Positions 55,947-64,000 of a DNA stretch of 64,000 nucleotides are shown here, piece by piece. Source of the DNA: the human T2T-CHM13v2.0 reference genome, Homo sapiens; NCBI RefSeq assembly GCF_009914755.1, contig NC_060943.1, one strand, 5' to 3'. The first letter of the stretch is position 1. Every line of letters starts with the position of its first letter. The translations under genes were made by a program, and so were the position numbers. Below the pieces are notes generated by a model. It was not told the DNA's origin, searched no databases, and saw only the letters and a program-made list of their open reading frames with translations.

Positions 55947-58345
55947 TTAGAAGAGACGTCTTCGGGCCTTGCACGTTGGCCTCCATAGAAACTTGTGGCA
56001 AATTCTGGGCTCCGGACTGGGTGATGGAGGTAGAGGTCTGAGGGCAGAGGTGGGCAGGGGCTCCAGGCCGTGGAGATCCAAGTGGAATTCTTCAGGCAGA
56101 GCCTGTCTCCAGGGACTAGGCTTGGGCATTTGGGATGAGCCCTGGGGGACGGCCGCTCTGTAGTCAGGTTTGAGGTAGAGGACACGCCAGGAAGAAGGGC
56201 TGACTCCATGCACAAGGTTTGCTGGGGGTCCCATCAGGGGCAGGAAGCCTTGGGGAGCCTCACCCTCTTCTACTGAAGGCGCCACACACACATTCTCTGC
56301 TCTCTGGGCTCTCACAGATCCATTTTCAATGTCAATCTCCCAGACAGTCTCTGTACTAGTGAGCAGGAGCCAGCGGGCATGGGCAGGGTACAAGAGATCC
56401 TTCAGGGACATCAAGAGTTGCTCAGGGACCACCAGGAGCTGCACATTGAGGAGGCTGAGTCGCAGGGCTCCCTGTGGGTCCAGCCCCAGGAACTCCTGCC
56501 CCAGGCGCAGGTGCAGGACCATTCCTGGTTCCAAGACCGCGATGATCATCTTCCTCTGGGGAAGCTGTGGGCCCTGGGGGAGAAAAGCCGTGGGTCAGTC
56601 ATTGTCCTCTGAGGGTGGCTCAAACAGGGAGAGAGCAAGGCGGGGAGCTGCCAGTAACTTCCCCAGGCATAAATGAAACCCCGCAGGGACACCCAGAATT
56701 GGCACCTGTATTGACGCCCCTTGGGACGGTGATTTCCTGCAAGTCCCCTAGGGCCTGGAGCTCAGGCAGACCTGTCTCACCCACGCCCACCTAGGTGGTG
56801 TGACCTTACCTGGGGCAGCTCCAGGGGCAGCTGTGCAGGGTGGTGGGGAGCTGGCTGTACCGGAGCTGGTTCTGCACCTGTGGAGAGAGCAGAGTGTGCA
56901 GGTGAAAGCCCTTGTCATGCAGGATGCCCTTGAGGGTTCAAGGTGCCACCGTGAGAAAGACCAAATACAGAAGAAGCCAGGTACAGGACACCCAGCCACG
57001 GAGCTGCAGGAGGAAGCTCCCGACACTCTGGACAGCACAGCTGCTCGCCTCATGACGTGACGGGACACTGGCTTGGTAGCAGGGGACTCAGGATGAAAAA
57101 GAGAAGATGCCTCACCTGGATGAGGACCCAGCTCCTCCACTTTCTGGCGTTTTGGGGCATTTGATGGCGTGCCGCTGGAGCTGTAGGACAGAGAGAGAGA
57201 CACAGTCAGATTTCGGGCAGTTCCCTAACGTCCAATTCCCTGAATCCCCACAAATTCACTCCACTTCCCTGCCTTTCATTCAAGGCCACAGACTCGTCAT
57301 CCACTTCCTGTGAGACCTGCTCCCAATCTGTCCTAACTCCCAGCTGTTCTTGTTCTCACCCCATCTACCTGAGCTTCCCTGGGTGAAGAAAAGGCAGGGA
57401 AGGAGGGTCGGTGCCCACAGGGAGCAGTTTACCCTTTCAGGAGCTCATGCAGATGAGAGTTGGAAAACTCTCCTTGGGTGTGAGGAGCTGGAGAAAGATG
57501 TTGAGATCCCGGAGAGGTGGCACCTCTGTCTACACAGGTAACAAAGGAATGGGGTCTTAGGATTCGAATCACAGCAGGAGAAGAGGAAGGAATTTGTCGG
57601 GCATGACGGCATGCGCCTGTAATCCCAGCACTTTGGGAGGCCAAGGTCGGAGGATTGCTTGAGTCCAGGAGTTTGAGAGCAGCCTGGGCAACATGGTGAA
57701 AGCTAGTCTCCACTAAAAATACTAAACATTAGTGGGTCATGGTGGTGCATGCCTGTGGTCTCACCTACTCAGGAGGCTCAGGTGGGAGGATCACCTGCGA
57801 CTCAGAGGTGGAGCCCGCAGTCAGCTAAAATCACGCCACTGCACTCCAGTGTGGACCATCGGAGTGAGACGCTGTCTCAATAAAATAAATCGGTAAATAA
57901 GACAAATAGAAAAATTAAAAATGAAAAAAGGAGGAAACTGTTTTATTTTTCCTAGTAGATCTTGAAACTCTCACATCATGTCCTACAATCTCCCTTCTTG
58001 CAGAACACAGAACCCATTCCCTGTGGAGCTGGTTGGGTGGATTGAAAGTGGGGCTGCCCTGAGATATGTGTGTGGTTGCGATGTAGAAGCCTTCCCAGCA
58101 CCCTGTGATGACTTACGGGCACCTCACTTCCCTCTGGCCCCAAATTCAAAACATCCAATCTCATGGCAGGTTCATGCACCCTTTTCCCTTCCCCTCTCTC
58201 CAACACACACCCACACATCCCACAGGCAGGTCACCCCGCAGGCGTCCCCAGCACATAGCAAAGCTCACCCGCTCTCTCCTGCGTGGTCGCTCTTGGATTC
58301 GGTGCAGGAATCACTGGGGCTTCTTGGGCGCCGGGAACCTTTCAT
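55947..58345 (-). CDS. PRR23D-like protein copy 8, intact; join(58345..58269, 57180..57116, 56877..56810, 56573..55947)
   Basis: Same exons and splice sites; last-exon ORF identical to copy 1. Confidence 0.85.
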
Positions 58346-60651
58346 GGTGAAAATTTCCAGGGTTCTCCAAGTCAGCCACTGCCAGTGTTTGTCTGTCTCC
58401 TGCAAAGATTTCTTCTTGGCTCCCGAATCCTTTAGTTCCTTTGAGAGAGTGGTGTCAGCCCCAAAGCTGCTCCCGAAGGCTTGGGTTGTGTAGCGACGGG
58501 GCTGTGGCCAGCGGCAGGTGGATGAGGCTCTGACAACTGAGCTCTTGGGGGAATCTTGTACACTGTCAGCAGGGGGTGGAGCCAGGGGATTTGTCAGCAG
58601 GAACTGATGTGATTGGCTGTTCCTGGTATGACAACGGGAGGGGCCCTCATGGAGGATTGGGGCGTAACTCAATCCATAGATGACCGATCAACAGAACCTG
58701 CCTAATCCCATCAAGAGCCAACCTGTTTCCTGTCCCCTCCCATCCTCTAGCTCTTGCCTAATAATGATAGACACTTTCTGTCATACCCAATTCATCCATC
58801 GCTGAAATAGTTTTTCATGTGTGCCTTTTATACTTTCATGCAATAAAAATATGTTAATTTTCACGGTGGCTATCCTGGGGAATGCTATGTACATGAAATG
58901 AAGTGTCAAAGGAGCAGAAGCAGAAGGAAATTCACAAGCTTCTCTGAGCGTCTCTGCTTCAATTCCTGCCATGTTTCCTAAACATGTTGGCTTCTTTCTT
59001 CCTACCCAAGTAAGAAGGTGCTTCAGAAGATCAATCTTAGGGCATTTGACAAACGCTGCTGAGAATTTCAGGATGACACGAAGGAACCTTTGATTGGATT
59101 TGTGGATGTGCCTCTGAAAGCGTGTGTGTGTGTGTGTGTGTGTGTTTGTGTGTGTGTGAAGCCAGGATGAAGTGGCTGTTCCTGGGGTGGAGACCCTTCT
59201 TTCTCTTGAGAATGTTCATTGCTGTTGACTCATTGTGGGTTTTGGAGATATTTTCTCTCTTTCTTTCGTTCTTTCAGACATTTTTTGCTTTCTCCCTCCC
59301 TCGATCCTAACCCCCCTCCTTCCCCCCCCTCACTCCCTCCCTCCCTCTTTCCATCCTTCCTCCCTCCCTTCCCTCTTTCCTTCCTTCCTGCCTTCTTCCC
59401 TTCCCCTTCCCCTCTTCCTTCCGTCCTTCCTTCCTGTGTGTAAAAGAAAAATTGGTGAATAGAAGAATAATTGAATAACTGCCTGAGTCACTTATACATT
59501 GCTCATCTCACTCTGGGGACACAGAAGACCGTGTTGTACTCATCTCCTCGATTTTAAAAACAGTCATTCTAAAATCAAGGATTCTAGATGTATCACTTCT
59601 AGGCGAAATCTTGAAAGAGAATGTGTAAGAGTTTCATGTGCTCTTCATCTCTATGATCACAATTGAAGAAGGCAGGAGGTTGAGATGCTGCATCGCCAAG
59701 ATCGTGGTGATTCCATTATCATTACCCTTGTAACTTGTGAGCATCCTTACTGCCAGCAATCATTATTAGATATGGAATCTGATATAGGAGTTCATATTTA
59801 CTGTATGAATATCTTGGTGTGGGAGTGTTGGCTCATGCCTGTAATCCCAGTGCTTTGGGAGGCAGAGGCAGGAGGCTCGCTTGAACCCAGGAGTTCGAGA
59901 CAAGCCGGAAGAGCATGGCGAGACCCTCGTCTCTACAAAAATGTAAAAATCAGCCAAGTGTGCTGGTAGGTGCCTGTAGTCTCAGCTCCTTAGGAGGCTG
60001 AAGTGTTAGGATCGCTTTCGCCCGGGATGTAATGGCTACAGGGAGTCGAGATCTTGCCACTGAACTTCAGCCTGGGCAACAGAGCAAGACTCTCTCTCAA
60101 AAATAAAATGCTTTTTCCTTTAGGCTTAAATTCTAACACTGAAACCTCCAAAGCGGAGGTATTAGGAGGTGGGGCCCTTGGGAGATGATGAGATTATGAA
60201 AGTGGAACCCTCGTAAATGGGATTAGTGCCCTTCTGAAAGTGACGGAAGAGAGCTCGCCAGCACCTTCCATGTGGGGAGACAGGGAGGATATGACAGTCT
60301 CCAACCTGGAAGAGGGTCCTCACCAGACCCCGATCATGCTGGCACTCTCATCGTGGACTTCCGGCCTCCAGAACTCTGATCAACAAATGTGTGTTCTTAA
60401 AGAAAAAAAAAGTGTGGAAAGCAATGTTAATGTTCCCAATCACTTTGAGTACATTCTTTCCTTAACTATGTCTTAATGCATAGTTGTGTTGGATGGCCTA
60501 GTTTGTAATGTTAGAATATGCATGTTAGTGAATTAATAAATACAGCAGTAAAGAATAGAGTTGTGGTTGGGAATGGTGTCTCACGCCTGTAATCCCAGCA
60601 CAATGGCATGCCGAGGCGGGTCAATCACCTGTAGTCGGGAGGTGGAGATCA

Positions 60652-60831
<180 letters not shown>

Positions 60832-63404
60832 CTAAATTCTATATCAAAAAATTAAAAAAAAAAAAAAAGAAGGCTGTTTGTTGACCATTTGAGTGGCCAG
60901 TCTTGGTGCTTCCTGGTGGGCGAGGAGAGCCCTGCCCCATTCCTACCCATTCCAGTAGTCATGGCATAAGAGTGATTCTCACTTTCTGCTATAGCCTCCT
61001 TATCCATTGGCTGAAATGATTGTTTTTTAATGTGTCTTATAAATGCTTCCATAGCAAAAAAAATTGAATTGACTTTTATAGGGACTCTTTCGGGGATTGT
61101 TACCCATCATTCTATAATTTGTTTGTACTCCTAGAAAAGGGAAGTATGCCGAGCACAGTGGACATTTCGTCTCAAATAATAAATAAATAACCAAATAGAA
61201 AAGAAAGAAAAGGAAGTAAAGGGAAATATACAAATATACAAGGTGTTAGGAGAGAGTTGCTAATCGTGATTCCCCCTTAATTGTCCAAACAGACCACCTC
61301 TGGGGATCTATTCGTAAAAGACTCGTTAGAAGTGCAGACTCATGCATTTGAGAATCACTCAGGGAAATCTGAAGATGACCTGTGGTGGGGGTGTAAATGG
61401 ATACTTAAATGTGTCTTGTGATTGTGTGAGAGTGTGACTGTGTGTTTGTGTGTGTGCTGTCATCTGTGGAGTGGGGGATCCTCTTTTGCCTTGAGAAAGC
61501 TCATCTCTGTCCACTTACTCTGGGCTCTACCATCTGTGCCTTGTATCCAGTAGAAATAAAACAGTTTGCGGCAGAAATGGAGTTTTATTTTATTTCACTT
61601 TACTTTTTATTAGGATTATTTGTAGACCGGGTCTCACTCTGTCACTCAGGCTGCAGTGCAATGGCACGATCTCAGATCACTGCAACCTGTGCCTCCTGCA
61701 CTGAAGCCATCCTCCCACCTCAGCCTCTGGAGTGGGGAGATCCCACACCTGTGTAATTTTTGCATTTTTTCTAGAGATGGGGTTTCCTCATGTTGCCCGG
61801 GCTGGTTTCCAACGCCCGGGCTCAAGTGATCCACCCGCCTCAGCCTCCCAAAGTGCTGGGATTACAGGTGGGAGCTACTGTGCCCGGCCAGAAATGGAGA
61901 TTTTTGTTCTTCTTTTGATGAGACGGAACCTCGCACCGTGGCCCAGGCTGGAGTGCAGTGGAGTGACCTCGGCTCACTGCAAGCTCTGCCTCCTGGGGTC
62001 ATGCCATTCTCCTGCCTCAGCCTCCCAAAGAGCTGGGACTACAGGCGCCCGACACCACGCCCAGCTAAGGTTTTTGCATTTATTATTTTTTTTTTTTGTA
62101 GGGACGGGCTTTCACCGTGTTAGCCAGGACGGTCTCGATCTCCTGCCCTCGTGATGCACCCGCCTGAGCCTCCCGAAGTGCTCGGATTACAGGCATGAGC
62201 CACCATGCACGGCCCAGAAATGGAGATTTTTGAGCAAACACATTAAAGAAAAGAAACGCAAATAGACGAAACTCATTTTAACATTTTTATTTAACCCAAG
62301 GAATACAGATATAATCAACACCAATACAATTGATGTCACAGTGATGACTAAGATACATGCTACAATCCTTCATTCTCAGATGCAAAATCTAGTATGTGTT
62401 TTACAGCAAACGTCAGTTGGAAACTGAACGTCGATCACACATGCTTGATGTGCATGTCAATTTCATGAGAGTTACAATCTCAGGAGAAGTCTCACATAGC
62501 GTAAGAGTCCAAACATACCTTCAAGTGTTTCGACAAGTTCTTCACTACTCATTCTTAGAACTGAATTTACCAACAACAATCCCAGCCTATTCATTGCTGA
62601 ACTGCATCCCATTGAAAGAATGGGTCACAGTTCCTCTCTCTAGACACTGTGGAACGACATTGAAGGCCCCTCCATCTTTTGGCGATTGTGAGGACAGGTG
62701 CTAGAAGCCTCTGCCCTCAGCCTTGTCCACGTGAGTTCTAATTCCTTTAGAACAACTATCTCAGGGTGGGAAAGATGGTTCCAATGCTAAGTGCCTATTG
62801 CATTGATTATGAATCAATGAAACTCTTTCTCCCTGGGGGTTGTCCCAGTTGGATTCCAAGCAGCACTGTCAGAGTGTTCCAGCTTCTCCACATGCTCCGC
62901 AGCCCTTGGGATGGTGAGTGATTGTCACGGTGGCTTCTGGGAGAGCTTCTTGGTTGTGGTTGAAGGTGTATTTGACGTGCATTTCCCCAGGGGAGGGACA
63001 GTGAACGCTTTTTGAAGTGGTTCTTTACATCCCCTTTGAGGAAATGTCTGCTCAAGTCTCTGGCTGGGTTTTGAACAGAATCATTTGTTTGTCCCATTGG
63101 AGTTTTGACAACTCTGTGTATTCTGAGTATGAGCAGTCCTTGCACGTATATGAGATTTGCAAATATTTTGTGCCCCAATCTCAAGGTTGCTCTTTGATAC
63201 AAATCAAGAGCATCTGAGGCAGAGCAAAGGTTCAGGTGAGAGGACGGAGCATTTCTCCACCTCTCCAGCATGCGCAGCATCTCTCTCCTCCGAGATGCCG
63301 AGACATGTGTGCAGGGAGACACCATGAAAAAGCAGGTGTGCTTCATTCTGAATAGAGCGTCTCTGATTCCCGTCTGGTGCGTGAGGGTGCATGGCCCATG
63401 AGCC

Positions 63405-64000
63405 TTAGAAGAGACGTCTTCGGGCCTTGCACGTTGGCCTCCATAGAAACTTGTGGCAAATTCTGGGCTCCGGACTGGGTGATGGAGGTAGAGGTCTGAG
63501 GGCAGAGGTGGGCAGGGGCTCCAGGCCGTGGAGATCCAAGTGGAATTCTTCAGGCAGAGCCTGTCTCCAGGGACTAGGCTTGGGCATTTGGGATGAGCCC
63601 TGGGGGACGGCCGCTCTGTAGTCAGGTTTGAGGTAGAGGACACGCCAGGAAGAAGGGCTGACTCCATGCACAAGGTTTGCTGGGGGTCCCATCAGGGGCA
63701 GGAAGCCTTGGGGAGCCTCACCCTCTTCTACTGAAGGCGCCACACACACATTCTCTGCTCTCTGGGCTCTCACAGATCCATTTTCAATGTCAATCTCCCA
63801 GACAGTCTCTGTACTAGTGAGCAGGAGCCAGCGGGCATGGGCAGGGTACAAGAGATCCTTCAGGGACATCAAGAGTTGCTCAGGGACCACCAGGAGCTGC
63901 ACATTGAGGAGGCTGAGTCGCAGGGCTCCCTGTGGGTCCAGCCCCAGGAACTCCTGCCCCAGGCGCAGGTGCAGGACCATTCCTGGTTCCAAGACCGCGA
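63405..64000 (-). CDS. PRR23D-like protein copy 9, partial (most of exon 4; 5' part outside the window)
   Basis: Open frame ...[10 protein letters not shown]...CKARRRLF* runs to the window edge. Confidence 0.8.
   Translation of the reverse strand, partial: AVLEPGMVLHLRLGQEFLGLDPQGALRLSLLNVQLLVVPEQLLMSLKDLLYPAHARWLLLTSTETVWEIDIENGSVRAQRAENVCVAPSVEEGEAPQGFLPLMGPPANLVHGVSPSSWRVLYLKPDYRAAVPQGSSQMPKPSPWRQALPEEFHLDLHGLEPLPTSALRPLPPSPSPEPRICHKFLWRPTCKARRRLF

Overview
Primate (human-like) genomic DNA made up entirely of a head-to-tail macrosatellite: 8 complete units plus a partial 9th, unit length about 7.46 kb (unit starts 1, 7454, 14924, 22393, 29848, 37316, 44779, 52242, 59698; periods 7453-7470 bp; units differ only by scattered SNVs and microsatellite or homopolymer indels). 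Each unit carries five Alus, an MLT1A-type MaLR LTR fragment, a MER33/Charlie5-like hAT remnant, an old L1 ORF2 remnant, a (GT)n and a pyrimidine-rich tract. The main result is that each unit also hides a spliced four-exon minus-strand gene, which the ORF track shows only as fragments. Canonical GT-AG splicing (exons 77+65+68+627 nt) joins them in frame into a 278-aa proline-rich protein, [13 protein letters not shown]...PKRQKV...LELPQ...[15 protein letters not shown]...[18 protein letters not shown]...CKARRRLF*. From memory of the family sequences, this looks like a diverged PRR23D-type (PRR23 family) paralog. Seven complete copies are intact (two carry P252T), one has a frameshift giving 123 aa, and the ninth is cut by the window edge. 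The unit size and repeat content match my recollection of the roughly 7.46-kb VNTR downstream of ZNF558 at human 19p13.2. That locus assignment is unverified. If correct, the VNTR would also be a copy-number-variable protein-coding gene array.
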